Assembly: GCA_963753975.1 (NCBI GenBank)
Contig: CAVWEH010000001.1
Location: 96,001 to 160,000 of the forward strand
Direction of reading: 5' to 3'
Length of the DNA: 64,000 nucleotides
Source of the DNA: an uncultured delta proteobacterium
Lineage (GTDB): Bacteria; Desulfobacterota; Syntrophia; Syntrophales; Smithellaceae
The notes under the pieces were generated by a model, which saw nothing but the letters and a program-made list of their open reading frames with translations, searched no databases and was not told where the DNA came from. Positions 21,482-33,556 of this stretch are shown here, in pieces (position 1 is the first letter of the stretch; every line of letters starts with the position of its first letter). A program made the translations under genes and the position numbers.

Positions 21482-22867
21482 TTATTTCTTTTTGAATAAC
21501 ATATCCTGGAGGAGTTGTTTCCCCGCTTGTGTCGCGATACTGCCGGCGGCTTTTGTGACTACAGTGCTCAAGGACGCTAGCTGGGGTTGCACCAGCTTGG
21601 TATTGGTCTTTTTAGTGGTGCCGCCAACCTTTAGTTTCAGGTCGATCACGCCGTCTTTATTGAGCAGGGGCTCCATCGCCGCCTCAGCCAGTTTATTCGA
21701 ATCGGCGTATTTCTTTGCCTGCGGGCTCTTAATGGCCGCTTCTATTTTTTGGGCCAGCGATGCTTTGACGGCATCATTTATTTCCTTTTTCATCACCATA
21801 TCCATGTTCATGTCGAGCGCCTTCGAATCCGTATTGACCGCGCCGTCGAAGAGAAGCTTCGCCTCTTTGAGGTCGAGTCTGCCGTTCGTAAGCTCGGTCT
21901 TATTGTCTTTGTAGTGCACGTCGACACCGGTTTCTTTGGAGTCTTTCCACTGCTGTTTATCCTTCAAAAAGGAGATATATTGCCCCAGATAATCGCCCAG
22001 GAGAGGAATGGACGCCACGGAATTAAAAATCTGCAATCCGGTGATCTCGCCGTCGGGGACAGCTACATGTAAAATTACCTCGGGATCCAAATACCGTGTT
22101 TTCACATCAAAAGGAATTACCTTTCCCGTTGCATCCAATGTCAGGTCGAAATTCTGGACACTCCCTGTTTTCATGGGGCCGACAGTTTTCAAACCGAGGC
22201 CTATTTTTAATTTTACCTCGTCTTTCTTTTCCAAGTCTTTCGGGTCTATGTTGATATCGTAGGCCAGAGTGGTCAGCTTATAAACCTGAAATTTTTGATC
22301 GTACTCGCCGTCGTAGTAGTTGATGGTGCCGTTCTTGATGCCGATTTCTCCCACGGTAATGGCGATAGGTATATCATCGGCCGTAATGGGTTTTGCCGGT
22401 TCCTTGACTTCCGCTTTATCGACCGGCTGTTTCTTGGGCTTGATCAAATCGTCGCAGTTCAAAACGCCCTGCTTGCTTTTGGTCAGGTTGATGATGGGGC
22501 TGTACAAAACAAGTTCCTTAAGATCGAATTGTTTTCTTAGCAGGGGCAAAAGCCTGATTTTGAAGCGCAAAGATTCCATTCCGGTAAAGAGATCGCCTGC
22601 CGGAACGGGTTTGCCCTGAAGAGTTGCGAGTTCCTGAGGAGTCTTAAAATTGGAAATGGCGACTTTCTTTATCTCAATTCCCGAAACGATGGAGAAAATG
22701 CTGACATCGATTTTTTCGATATAGACCTGCCGGTGCAGTGCCTGGGAAATCTGTAACGCGATAAATTCCTTGTTCACTTTGATCATGATGATAATGCCGG
22801 CAATAACGACAAGAATTAAAATGGCCGCAACCAAAGAACCGATAGTGATAAGTATTTTTTTAAACAT
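21482..22867 (-). CDS. AsmA-family protein
   Basis: N-terminal TM anchor, I...ISQALHRQV, LLPLLRKQ..LKELVLYSPIINL. Confidence 0.75.
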   Translation of the reverse strand: MFKKILITIGSLVAAILILVVIAGIIIMIKVNKEFIALQISQALHRQVYIEKIDVSIFSIVSGIEIKKVAISNFKTPQELATLQGKPVPAGDLFTGMESLRFKIRLLPLLRKQFDLKELVLYSPIINLTKSKQGVLNCDDLIKPKKQPVDKAEVKEPAKPITADDIPIAITVGEIGIKNGTINYYDGEYDQKFQVYKLTTLAYDINIDPKDLEKKDEVKLKIGLGLKTVGPMKTGSVQNFDLTLDATGKVIPFDVKTRYLDPEVILHVAVPDGEITGLQIFNSVASIPLLGDYLGQYISFLKDKQQWKDSKETGVDVHYKDNKTELTNGRLDLKEAKLLFDGAVNTDSKALDMNMDMVMKKEINDAVKASLAQKIEAAIKSPQAKKYADSNKLAEAAMEPLLNKDGVIDLKLKVGGTTKKTNTKLVQPQLASLSTVVTKAAGSIATQAGKQLLQDMLFKKK

Positions 22868-23119
22868 AACTCTTACCGCCTTTCCTTAAAGTTCGAATAA
22901 ATACCAATTAAAAATTAAAATTTAATAAACGGCAGGTCATTTCCATCGCCTGCTATGCATATAGGGGAAAAAATACCGGATGTCAATCCCGCGACTTGGA
23001 ATTTCCCGGCTCCTGTAACCTAAAGGTCATCTGCGACCGGAGGTGTCTCCCTTGGTATGCGCAAATTTTGAAGAGCAAACTTTCAGCGGATAAGCATCAT
23101 ATTTGACTGACAATTTTTC

Positions 23120-23148
23120 TTGACACGCAATCGCACTTCTCCTATGCT
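23120..23148 (+). promoter_or_regulatory. Putative sigma70 promoter of the HEAT-repeat pair
   Basis: TTGACA-17 nt-TATGCT. Confidence 0.55.
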
Positions 23149-23248
23149 TTATTAAAATAAAGCACAGCCGTATTTAATAAAATATTTGAAATTAAGATAA
23201 TATTGGTTGAAATTAATACAATTTTCATCGGCAGAGGTAAAGGCAGAG

Positions 23249-25480
23249 ATGGATATAAGGCAAAAATCTTTAGATGCACTTATCCTTATGAACTCAGCCA
23301 TAAAGAATGTGCGCCTCTATCCCCCTACCAGTGCTGCAATTATTAATACTATCGAAAAGCTTCATCTGGCTTTTTTGAACATGTTTGCCCTGGAAGCTCC
23401 GATAATCTTTGCGGAATCAGAGAAAAATCTTTTGATCTGTGGAAAACCATTAGACCAGAAAGACTTGGAAAAGCCACAGGTTACTACATTGCTGAACATC
23501 CTTCTCAATCTCGGTATTGAAAGCATCACTTTCGATATAGGGTTGGAAAAAGCGGAACTTGGTGTTTTTTTGGAGCTACTTTCAAAAAGGCCGGAGAGTG
23601 TAAAAAGCGAAGGCGATTTGCTCAAAATCATGGACGAAAATAATGTGCAGCATATTTACCTGAATCAAAAGGTTTATGTAGCCATGGACAAGAAACAGAA
23701 GATATTGTCCAGCCTTGATATTACCGATGATCAAATCACCCAGTTTTTTATGCAGATTCATCCGGAATTGGCAGGCGATGCTGACAAACTTCAAGAAATG
23801 ATGAGGGATCCGGAATGGTTATCGCAAACTTTCCAGACAGAGTTATCTCAGATGATGAGGCAAAAAGGAGCTTTATCCGCTGTTGTGCTTTCCGAAAATC
23901 TGGAGAAGATGATAGCTTTAATGGATAAAGTTGCCGGTTCGCTTGATGAGCAAGATCGCGACAAGGTATCCCGGCGCATCGGGAAGTTGATTACTTTCTT
24001 GGATTCCGACATAGTACAACAGCTAAATGTTCAGAATATTGAGCACCTTTTCGGCGGTATGCTGCTGCAATATCTTGCCGGTAAAATTACCGGGGATAAA
24101 CCTGTTAAAGCGCATATATCCAATGAAGGGGTATCCGTTAAAACTCAAATCCCGGAGAGTGGCGCCGCTCTGGAGACGACTTCCTTGCAAAATCAAATCC
24201 TTAATCTTAAAGAAAAACTTCGTTCTTCTCCGCAGGATGATCAGAAAGCCTTTTTGGATGCACCTTTAATGTTGGATTTACCCAATCTTTTCGAACAACT
24301 CGATGCTCAAAAAGAACACGAGACCATGGCGATAATTATCAACCGCCTGGTGGGCAATCTGTTCAGCAAAAATGCCGATGTGCGCGCTCAGGCGTCTACG
24401 GCGCTTGCCGATATATTTGCCGGCCTTTCTCACGAGCGGAAGAACAAACTGATCGAAAGCCTATCAACTCAATTGATTAACTGGATCAAAATAGAACCTT
24501 TGGCAACACGAGCCTACACGAAAATATGTAATAATTTGAAAGACCTTGTCCATGATTTTATTCGTGAAGGGCGTTTTGCCGAAGCAATCCCGATTTTGGA
24601 TGTTTTTAGTAATATTAGCGCCGGAATTTTGGAAAAGAATGATGAGGCGCAAGAAATATCTTCGGATATTATTCGGGCTCTGGCATCAGAAGAGCACCTT
24701 GCCATTCTTTTAAAAGCATTTAACGCCAAGAATTCAAGCAAACAGGTTGAATCAGGCAGGGTATTGGTTAGGCTTGACGACGATGCAATGAACCGTTTGC
24801 TGGATATTCTCCGGAACAAGGCCGATAGCGATGACCGCGTGCGCATTATGAAACTATTTATCGGAATTGGAAAGAGGGCTGTGCCGGTCATCAGGGATAG
24901 GATCAGTAAAACAGCACCCTGGTATTATTTGCGTAATCTTGCGTACATACTCGGCCATATCGGTGACGAATCGAGCGCCGGCGCGCTTCAGCCCCTTCTG
25001 CTGCATGAAAATAAACGGCTGCGGATGGAAGCCTTAAAAGGTATTTATCGGACAGGCGGGAAAGAAAGAGGGGCAATCCTGTTATCTGTTTTACCCCTTG
25101 CGGATGATCAATTCAAACTTAGCATTATTGAAACCCTGGGTAACGCGAAATGTGTTGACGCAGTACCCGAACTTCTATCTCTGCTAAAAAAACGGCGATT
25201 AGTAACCCCATCGTTGCGTGCTGATCAGGAAGAGAGAATCTGTGCCGCCCTTGGCTCCATTGGATCTCCAGAGGCATTGCCCGCTCTTTCCCAAATAGCT
25301 AAAGCGGTATCTTTCTTCCACATCCGCTCTTATGCCGCAAAGGTTAAAATTGCGGCCGGTATAGCTGTGGCATCCATTAGAAAAAAGCAGGAAGAAACGG
25401 TGCAAGCAATGAAAGCTGCAGAAACAGTACAGGAAGCGAAAGCGGCAGAAGTAGTAGCTGAGGTCGGAGTCTCCAATTGA
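23249..25480 (+). CDS. HEAT-repeat protein, paralogue 1
   Basis: KNVRLYPP N-terminus, WYYLRNLAYILG and further HEAT-like repeats; start set to match paralogue 2 (MDI). Confidence 0.85.
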   Translation: MDIRQKSLDALILMNSAIKNVRLYPPTSAAIINTIEKLHLAFLNMFALEAPIIFAESEKNLLICGKPLDQKDLEKPQVTTLLNILLNLGIESITFDIGLEKAELGVFLELLSKRPESVKSEGDLLKIMDENNVQHIYLNQKVYVAMDKKQKILSSLDITDDQITQFFMQIHPELAGDADKLQEMMRDPEWLSQTFQTELSQMMRQKGALSAVVLSENLEKMIALMDKVAGSLDEQDRDKVSRRIGKLITFLDSDIVQQLNVQNIEHLFGGMLLQYLAGKITGDKPVKAHISNEGVSVKTQIPESGAALETTSLQNQILNLKEKLRSSPQDDQKAFLDAPLMLDLPNLFEQLDAQKEHETMAIIINRLVGNLFSKNADVRAQASTALADIFAGLSHERKNKLIESLSTQLINWIKIEPLATRAYTKICNNLKDLVHDFIREGRFAEAIPILDVFSNISAGILEKNDEAQEISSDIIRALASEEHLAILLKAFNAKNSSKQVESGRVLVRLDDDAMNRLLDILRNKADSDDRVRIMKLFIGIGKRAVPVIRDRISKTAPWYYLRNLAYILGHIGDESSAGALQPLLLHENKRLRMEALKGIYRTGGKERGAILLSVLPLADDQFKLSIIETLGNAKCVDAVPELLSLLKKRRLVTPSLRADQEERICAALGSIGSPEALPALSQIAKAVSFFHIRSYAAKVKIAAGIAVASIRKKQEETVQAMKAAETVQEAKAAEVVAEVGVSN

Positions 25481-25520
25481 CACAAAATAGAATTTAGCGG
25501 AGGAAAAGGTAAAGGCAGAG

Positions 25521-27722
25521 ATGGATATAAATCAAAAATCTTTAGATGCACTTATCATTTTGAACACAGCCATAAAGAATGTGCGCCTCTATCCCCCTAC
25601 CAGTGCTGCAATTATTAATACTATCGAAAGGCTTCATCTGGCTTTTCTGGACATGTTTGCCCTGGAAGCTCCGATAATCTTCGCGGAATCAGAGAAAAAT
25701 CTTTTGATCTGTGGAAAACCATTAGACCAGAAAGACCAGGAAAGATTCCAGGTCACGGCATTACTGAACATCCTTCTCAGTTTTGGTATGAAGAGCATCA
25801 CTTTCGATATAGGGCTGGAAAAAGCGGAACTTAGTGCTTTTTTGGAGCTACTTTCAAGAAAGCCGGAAAGTGTAAAAAGCGAAGGCGGTTTGCTCAAAAT
25901 CATGGACGAAAATAATGTGCGGCATATTTACCTGGATCAAAAGGTTTATGTAACCATAGATAAAGATCAAAAAATCATTTCCAGCCTTGATATTACCGAT
26001 GATCAAATCACCCAGTTTTTTATGCAGACTCATCCGGAATTGGCAGGCGATGCTAAAAAACTTCAAGAAATGATGAAGGATCCGGAATGGTTATCGCAAA
26101 CTTTCCAAGCAGGGTTATCTCAGATGATGAGGCAAAAGGAAGCTTTATCCAATGTTGAGCTTTCCGAAAATCTGGAGAAGATGATAGCTTTAATGGATAA
26201 AGTTGCCGGTTCGCTTGACGAGAAAGATCGCGACAAGGTATCCCAGCACATCGGGGAGTCCATTGTTAGCGCAGACCATGATATGACTAAGCAGCTGACA
26301 ACTCAGAATATTGAGCACCTTTTCGGCGGCATGCTGCTGCAATATCTTGTCAGTGAACTCGGTGAGGTTAAATCTGTTGCGGCGCGTACATCAAACGCGG
26401 GTGTATCAGATGGTAAGCAAGGTGATGGTAGTGGAAGTGGAAGTGGCTTCACCGGAGGTGAGGGCTCTGCTGGTGCAGTTCGTCCGGGGAAAGATGATTA
26501 TCAAAGCCAGATGAATGCTCTTAAACAAATGCTCAAAGCGCAACTGAAAAGTGATGAAAAAGGTCTTTTGAATACATCTCTGATGTCAGTCCTGCCCAAA
26601 ATTATCGAACAGCTCATTGTTCAAAAAGAAGATGAGACTATGGAAACGATCACCAGCCGCCTGCTCAAAAATCTGTTGAGTGAAGACGTCGAAGTGCGCA
26701 ATCAGGCATCTAAAGGCCTGGCCGATATCTTTGAAACACTTCCTCTGCAGCGGAAAAACGAACTGATCGAAAGAATATCAGCAGCATTAATGAATTGGAT
26801 CAAATTGGAAACATTGACATCACCTGCCTATGTGAAAATCTGCAACAGCCTGCAGCAATTCGTGCAGGATCTTATCCGCAAGGGACGTTTTGGTGAAACA
26901 ATCCCGATTCTGGATGTTTTCAGCGATATTCATGCCGGTGTTTTGGAAAAGAATGTTACGATACGGGAAATATCTTCAGAGGTTATTAGAAATCTGGCAA
27001 CAGAAGAACATCAAGCTCTACTCTTTAAAGAATATCATAGCAATAAGCAAAACAAACAGGCCGAGGCGGGTAAGATATTGGTTAGATTTGGGGATTTTAT
27101 ATTGGAGCGCTTGCTCGATAATGTTCAAAAAGTTGCCGACAGTGACGAGCGTGTACGTATTATGCGTCTGATAATCGAAATGGGACAGAAAGCCGTACCA
27201 TTTGTCCGGAAACAGATCAGTAAAGATGCATCATGGTATTATTTACGCAATCTTGCGTATATACTCGGCCATATCGGTAATGAAGAGAGTGCCAATGCGC
27301 TGAAACCACTGCTGCTCCATGAAAACGAACGGTTGCGTATGGAAGCCTTGAAAAGTGTTTACCGGACAGGAGGAAAAGATAGAGGACAACTGCTATTGTC
27401 CGTTTTGCCCCAGGTAGATGATCAATTCAAGCGTAACATAATTGAAACGCTTGGTAACGCGAAATGTGTCGATGCTGTACCCGATCTTCTGAAGATGCTC
27501 AAAACCAGGTCAGCAATAGCCCCATCATTCCGGGCTGATCTGGAAGAGAAAATCTGTATTGCCCTTGGCGCCATCGGATCCCCTGAAGCGATACCGGCAC
27601 TTTCGGAAATCGCTGAATCAAAGTCTTTTTTACGAATCGGTAATTATCCCCAAAAAGTCAAAATTGCCGCCGGCATGGCGTTAATATCTATTAGAAAAAA
27701 ACAGCCGGAAATAGCAGAGTAG
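25521..27722 (+). CDS. HEAT-repeat protein, paralogue 2
   Basis: Same architecture as paralogue 1, with a Gly/Ser-rich linker. Confidence 0.85.
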   Translation: MDINQKSLDALIILNTAIKNVRLYPPTSAAIINTIERLHLAFLDMFALEAPIIFAESEKNLLICGKPLDQKDQERFQVTALLNILLSFGMKSITFDIGLEKAELSAFLELLSRKPESVKSEGGLLKIMDENNVRHIYLDQKVYVTIDKDQKIISSLDITDDQITQFFMQTHPELAGDAKKLQEMMKDPEWLSQTFQAGLSQMMRQKEALSNVELSENLEKMIALMDKVAGSLDEKDRDKVSQHIGESIVSADHDMTKQLTTQNIEHLFGGMLLQYLVSELGEVKSVAARTSNAGVSDGKQGDGSGSGSGFTGGEGSAGAVRPGKDDYQSQMNALKQMLKAQLKSDEKGLLNTSLMSVLPKIIEQLIVQKEDETMETITSRLLKNLLSEDVEVRNQASKGLADIFETLPLQRKNELIERISAALMNWIKLETLTSPAYVKICNSLQQFVQDLIRKGRFGETIPILDVFSDIHAGVLEKNVTIREISSEVIRNLATEEHQALLFKEYHSNKQNKQAEAGKILVRFGDFILERLLDNVQKVADSDERVRIMRLIIEMGQKAVPFVRKQISKDASWYYLRNLAYILGHIGNEESANALKPLLLHENERLRMEALKSVYRTGGKDRGQLLLSVLPQVDDQFKRNIIETLGNAKCVDAVPDLLKMLKTRSAIAPSFRADLEEKICIALGAIGSPEAIPALSEIAESKSFLRIGNYPQKVKIAAGMALISIRKKQPEIAE

Positions 27723-27769
27723 TACTAACGTTGATTTAAGTTTATAGATAAAAAATATTGTTTGTTCCT

Positions 27770-28393
27770 TTATACTCTAGTTGTCTTCATTAAATTATTA
27801 ATATTTCGCGTCGCCATTTCCGGGTCGGGTGATGCGCAAATTGCCGAGACAACGGCAACACAATCGGCACCGGCCTTGATAACGTCTCTGACGTTGAACT
27901 CATTGATCCCTCCGATGGCCACTACGGGATGACGGCTGTAAGCTTTGACTTTGGCCAGGCCTTCCAGACCCCAGGCGCCTTTTGTATCCCTTTTGGTCGG
28001 AGTCGAAAAAACCGGACTGACGCCGATATAACTTACATCGAGCTTTTGACTTAGTTCGACATCTTCCCATGTTGCCACGGATAAGCCGATTATTGCTTTT
28101 TGCCCCATAAGTTGGCGCACAATTTCGTAGGGCATATCTTCCTGGCCGATATGAACGCCTTCGGCCCTGCAGGCGAGAGCCACATCAATGCGGTCATTTA
28201 TTATCAGCGGAACTTTATACGGCTCTAAAAGCTTTTTAATTCGTTTGGCTTCTTCCACAAAAAAACTGGTGGAAACATCTTTTTCACGCAGTTGCACATA
28301 AGCGACACCGCCTTTTACCGCCTTCATAATGACTTCTTCCAAAGGCTTTCCTCCGCATAAACGGCGGTCAGTTACCAGATACAATCCGCGCAT
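27770..28393 (-). CDS. thiE: Thiamine-phosphate synthase
   Basis: LYLVTD, VQLREK, LIINDRID, GVHIGQED, AIGGI; start reassigned to ATG at 28393. Confidence 0.96.
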   Translation of the reverse strand: MRGLYLVTDRRLCGGKPLEEVIMKAVKGGVAYVQLREKDVSTSFFVEEAKRIKKLLEPYKVPLIINDRIDVALACRAEGVHIGQEDMPYEIVRQLMGQKAIIGLSVATWEDVELSQKLDVSYIGVSPVFSTPTKRDTKGAWGLEGLAKVKAYSRHPVVAIGGINEFNVRDVIKAGADCVAVVSAICASPDPEMATRNINNLMKTTRV

Positions 28394-28395
28394 AG

Positions 28396-29199
28396 CTAAT
28401 CCTCGACTCTTAAACGTTGACTGATGTCCTTTTCCGACAGGTGGTAGAGGCAATCCAGAAAATGAGTTTGGAGGCTGCCGGGTCCGAGGGCATGTGCTGC
28501 CGCCATTTCTCCGGCAATTCCCATTACCGCCATGGCTTTCGCTGCAGCGGCAAAGGCTGATTTTTCTACAGCGGCAAATGCGCCGCACAAGGCCGATGCG
28601 GTACAGCCTAACCCTGTAACTTTGGTCATCAGCGGATGACCATTTTTAACTTTCATAATTTTTTCTTTATCAATAATATAATCAATTGCTCCGCTGATAC
28701 AAATGACACATTTGTGAGTTTCGCATAATTTTTGCGCTATATCAATTGCTGCATCTGAAGATGCAGCGCTATCCACGCCCTTTGTTTTGGATTTATCGTC
28801 ATAGAGCGCCATAATTTCGGAGGCATTACCGCGGATGATAGCCGGCGGTTCGCTATTAATCAAATCTCTGGCTGTTTGTGTCCGGTAACTGGTTGCTCCC
28901 GCCCCAACGGGATCAAGTATAATGGGAATCCCTCTCTTTCTGGCCTGAGTGAGCGCTTTAAACATTGAGTAAATCCATGGTTTGCTCAATGTGCCGATGT
29001 TAATTACCAGGGCCGAAGATATGGTGACCATTTCTTCCACTTCTTCTTGGGCATGCGCCATGACCGGAGATGCTCCCAGTGCCAGTAAGGCGTTGGCTGT
29101 ATTATTCATTGCCACGTAATTGGTAATATTATGGACGACCGGTGATTTCTGACGGATCATTTCAACGGATTTGAAAATATCTATCGCTGTTATCTTCAT
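28396..29199 (-). CDS. thiM: Hydroxyethylthiazole kinase
   Basis: HNITNYV, GASPVMA, LDPVGAGAT, VTGLGC. Confidence 0.96.
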   Translation of the reverse strand: MKITAIDIFKSVEMIRQKSPVVHNITNYVAMNNTANALLALGASPVMAHAQEEVEEMVTISSALVINIGTLSKPWIYSMFKALTQARKRGIPIILDPVGAGATSYRTQTARDLINSEPPAIIRGNASEIMALYDDKSKTKGVDSAASSDAAIDIAQKLCETHKCVICISGAIDYIIDKEKIMKVKNGHPLMTKVTGLGCTASALCGAFAAVEKSAFAAAAKAMAVMGIAGEMAAAHALGPGSLQTHFLDCLYHLSEKDISQRLRVED

Positions 29200-29306
29200 G
29201 ATTTTTCACTCCTGCATTATTATTTTATTATTCCTTATCCCGCTATTGCGGGATTGTTCAACTAACCAATTCCAATGCACTTCGTTTTTGGAATTGGAGT
29301 TTCACA

Positions 29307-29347
29307 ATAAAAAATCCCTTTTTGCCATAACAGAGCAGAAAGGGATT
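29307..29347 (-). terminator. Expression-platform terminator of the TPP riboswitch
   Basis: Minus strand AATCCCTTTCTGC...GCAAAAAGGGATT followed by a U tract. Confidence 0.75.
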
Positions 29348-29361
29348 ATGAATTATTTGCC

Positions 29362-29447
29362 GTCCTCTCCCTTCGCTGGCATTATCCAGATCAGGTTCAA
29401 TGGGTATAATCTCAGATCCGGCGTGCACCGGGCCACCCCTGGTTACT
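29362..29447 (-). ncRNA. TPP riboswitch aptamer
   Basis: Minus strand AGGGGTG...CTGAGA..ATACCC..GAACCTGATCTGGATAATGCCAGCGAAGGGA upstream of thiM. Confidence 0.95.
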
Positions 29448-29509
29448 ATTGTTTACCAACATAATTAAAATTCGTCAACTTACTTTAATGAGCTGTTAGC
29501 GAATCATAA

Positions 29510-30469
29510 TTAAGTGCCTATTCCCTCGAATAAAACGGTGGAGAGGTATCGCTCACCGGCATCGGGAAAAATGACGACAATATTTTTTCCGGCAAATTCA
29601 TCCAGCTTGGCGAGCCTCACCGCTGCTGCTCCCGCCGCGCCGCTGGAAATGCCGACTAAAATTCCTTCTTCCCGTGCCAGTCTGCGGGCAAATTCCACAG
29701 CTTCCATACTTTCTATCTGTTCCGTGCGATCGACGAGGGATAAATCAAGCGTGTCCGGAATAAATCCGGCGCCGATTCCTTGGATTTTATGCGGCCCCGG
29801 TTTCAACTCTCGACCCGCAAGTTTTTGGCTGATGACCGGGCTTTCTTTTGGTTCCACTGCCACCGAAATAATTTTTTTCTTCATTTTATTTTTAATGCAG
29901 CGGGATATTCCGGTAATTGTTCCACCGGTTCCGACTCCTGACACAAGAATATCAACCGCTCCCTCCGTATCGTTCCAGATTTCCGGTCCGGTCGTCCTTT
30001 CGTGAATAGCGGGGTTGGCCGGATTCTTGAACTGCTGCGGTAAAAAATACTTCTTGGGGTCGGAAGCGACGATGGCTTCTGCTTTGGCAATTGCACCCTT
30101 CATGCCTTCTACCCCGGGAGTAAGAATAAGATTAGCTCCGAACGCAGCTAATACTTTCCGGCGTTCGATGCTCATGGTCTCCGGCATGGTCAGCGTTAAT
30201 TTGTATCCGTGCGCCGCCGCCACATAAGCCAGGGCAATACCGGTATTACCACTGGTCGGTTCAATAATTTCCACGCCGGGTTTCATGAGCCCTTTTTTCT
30301 CCGCATCCCAGATCATGGCGGCGCCGATGCGGCACTTGACGGAATACGCGGGGTTTCGCCCCTCAATCTTAGCCAGAACAATGGCCTTCGCACCTTTGGT
30401 TACATGATTTAGTTTTATCAGCGGCGTATTGCCGATTGATTGTGAATTATCCGAATATATTTTTTTCAT
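29510..30469 (-). CDS. cysK: Cysteine synthase A
   Basis: [15 protein letters not shown] (PLP Lys), [22 protein letters not shown]. Confidence 0.97.
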   Translation of the reverse strand: MKKIYSDNSQSIGNTPLIKLNHVTKGAKAIVLAKIEGRNPAYSVKCRIGAAMIWDAEKKGLMKPGVEIIEPTSGNTGIALAYVAAAHGYKLTLTMPETMSIERRKVLAAFGANLILTPGVEGMKGAIAKAEAIVASDPKKYFLPQQFKNPANPAIHERTTGPEIWNDTEGAVDILVSGVGTGGTITGISRCIKNKMKKKIISVAVEPKESPVISQKLAGRELKPGPHKIQGIGAGFIPDTLDLSLVDRTEQIESMEAVEFARRLAREEGILVGISSGAAGAAAVRLAKLDEFAGKNIVVIFPDAGERYLSTVLFEGIGT

Positions 30470-30528
30470 AAGGGGTCCTCCAAAATTGCAATTTAATATT
30501 CACCTTCTCTGCGGAGAAATAAAAGGAA

Positions 30529-31831
<1,303 letters not shown>

Positions 31832-31851
31832 TTATTAAAAGTATTATAATA

Positions 31852-32937
31852 TCAATTAATTTCACGAATAACTTTCTCAATTACGCCGCCGCCCAGGACG
31901 CAGTCGCCCGCATAGAGAACAACAGCCTGTCCCGGCGTAATGGATTCCTGAGTTTCTTTAAAAATGACTTTTAAATTTTTACCTTCCGGTGAAATTTTAC
32001 AATGCGCCGGTTTTTTCCGGTAGCGAATCTTAGCTTCAACCTCACCGGGCAATTCGTCGGTCAGGAGATTAATATCGCCGGCAATCAGTCCGTTTGCCTG
32101 CAGGGCTTTTTTTTCGCCCACAATAACCTGATTTTTTCGCGCATCGATGTCCACCACGTAAAGCGGCGTCTTTGCACTGATCCCTAATCCGCTGCGCTGG
32201 CCGATGGTGTAAAAGATAATGCCGCGATGCCTACCTAAAATATTTCCCGCAGCATCAACAATATCGCCTGCGACTGAAGATAAATTCTTCTCCAGAAAAA
32301 ACTGCCTGTAGTTGCCCTGAGTTACAAAACAAATATCCTGGCTCTCGGTTTTGTGCGCGACGTGCAGTCCCGCTTTTTTAGCCAGAGTGCGGACTTCCTC
32401 TTTGTTCCAAGAGCCCAAGGGAAAAAGAATAGAAGACAAATCACCTGTTTTAATCGGATAAAGAAAATAAGTCTGATCTTTAATCCTGTCTTTCGGGCGC
32501 ATTAAATGCCAAGCGTCTTCCCGCTTTTCAATGCGAGCGTAATGGCCTGTGGCTAAATAATCAAAACCGATGCCGCGGGCTTTATCTAGAAGGATGCCGA
32601 ATTTAAGGTAACGGTTGCAATCTATGCAAGGGTTCGGTGTTTTTCCTCTTTGATACTCCGCAGTAAATTTATTTATAACATATTCTTTCATCTCCCGGGC
32701 AAAGTCGAAAACAATATGCGGAATTTGTAGTTGATTGCAGACATGCTGCGCATCGCCTATGGCATCAGGTCCGCAGCAGCGAGCATGTTCACCGTTCTCG
32801 CGGAAGTTGAGACACATCGTCGCACCGGTCACCGCATAACCATTTTCTTTGAGGAGCAGGGCGGCGACAGAAGAATCCACACCGCCGCTCATAGCTACAA
32901 GAACTTTTTTCCCCGTAAAATTATCAGAATAATCCAT
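31852..32937 (-). CDS. mnmA: tRNA 2-thiouridine(34) synthase MnmA
   Basis: AMSGGVDSS, TPNPCIDCN, ATGHYAR, KDQTYFL, ESQDICF, TIGQR. Confidence 0.95.
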   Translation of the reverse strand: MDYSDNFTGKKVLVAMSGGVDSSVAALLLKENGYAVTGATMCLNFRENGEHARCCGPDAIGDAQHVCNQLQIPHIVFDFAREMKEYVINKFTAEYQRGKTPNPCIDCNRYLKFGILLDKARGIGFDYLATGHYARIEKREDAWHLMRPKDRIKDQTYFLYPIKTGDLSSILFPLGSWNKEEVRTLAKKAGLHVAHKTESQDICFVTQGNYRQFFLEKNLSSVAGDIVDAAGNILGRHRGIIFYTIGQRSGLGISAKTPLYVVDIDARKNQVIVGEKKALQANGLIAGDINLLTDELPGEVEAKIRYRKKPAHCKISPEGKNLKVIFKETQESITPGQAVVLYAGDCVLGGGVIEKVIREIN

Positions 32938-32954
32938 ATTAATATATTTTTCGT

Positions 32955-33395
32955 TTAAATATAACTCATAATATTGTTTCCCGCCTTTTCGCGGCGCGTC
33001 TGGACAAGGTCAGCCAGGGTAACGGAGTTTAGTGTTTCCCGGATCTTTTCGCCTAAAACAAACCAGATATCTCTTGTCGGGCAAATTCCCACCCGTGGGC
33101 ACTTTTGAGGATTCTCTACACAGTCCACTAAACAAATTTTTCCTTCCAGGGCAGCGAAAATATCTTGAACCGAAATTTCCTCCGGACGCTTGGCCAAGCT
33201 ATAGCCGCCACGTGCTCCCCGTGTTGATTGAATTAAGCCGGCGCCCCGTAACGAAATTACAATTATACTTAAATACTTTTCCGAAATCTCTTCTCTTTTG
33301 GCTATATCTTTCAAAAATACGGGTTTTTTGCCAAAATTTTCCGCCAAGTCGGCCATCATCCGTACCCCATACCTTGATCTTGTTGACAGTTTCAT
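32955..33395 (-). CDS. Rrf2-family (IscR/CymR-like) transcriptional regulator
   Basis: MKLSTRSRYG, S.RGARGGY.LA, Cys cluster CLVDC...C.....C. Confidence 0.93.
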   Translation of the reverse strand: MKLSTRSRYGVRMMADLAENFGKKPVFLKDIAKREEISEKYLSIIVISLRGAGLIQSTRGARGGYSLAKRPEEISVQDIFAALEGKICLVDCVENPQKCPRVGICPTRDIWFVLGEKIRETLNSVTLADLVQTRREKAGNNIMSYI

Positions 33396-33409
33396 TGCAA
33401 CACCCAATT

Positions 33410-33466
33410 AATACTACATAGACTATCTATTTAGTAGTATTTAAAATAATGAATGCTTTTTGTCAA
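33410..33466 (-). promoter_or_regulatory. rrf2 operon promoter with an overlapping inverted repeat (putative operator)
   Basis: Minus strand TTGACA-17 nt-TAAATA; AATACTAC-N16-GTAGTATT at 33410-33441. Confidence 0.6.
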
Positions 33467-33492
33467 GGATTTTTTTGGGGAACCGTTTTCTC

Positions 33493-33521
33493 TTGACACC
33501 CGCAGGTGTCCTTTTTATAAT
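33493..33521 (+). promoter_or_regulatory. Consensus sigma70 promoter of the enoyl-CoA hydratase gene
   Basis: Exact TTGACA-17 nt-TATAAT. Confidence 0.8.
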
Positions 33522-33556
33522 CACTCACCAAAAATAAATCCGGAAGGAAAAAGAAA

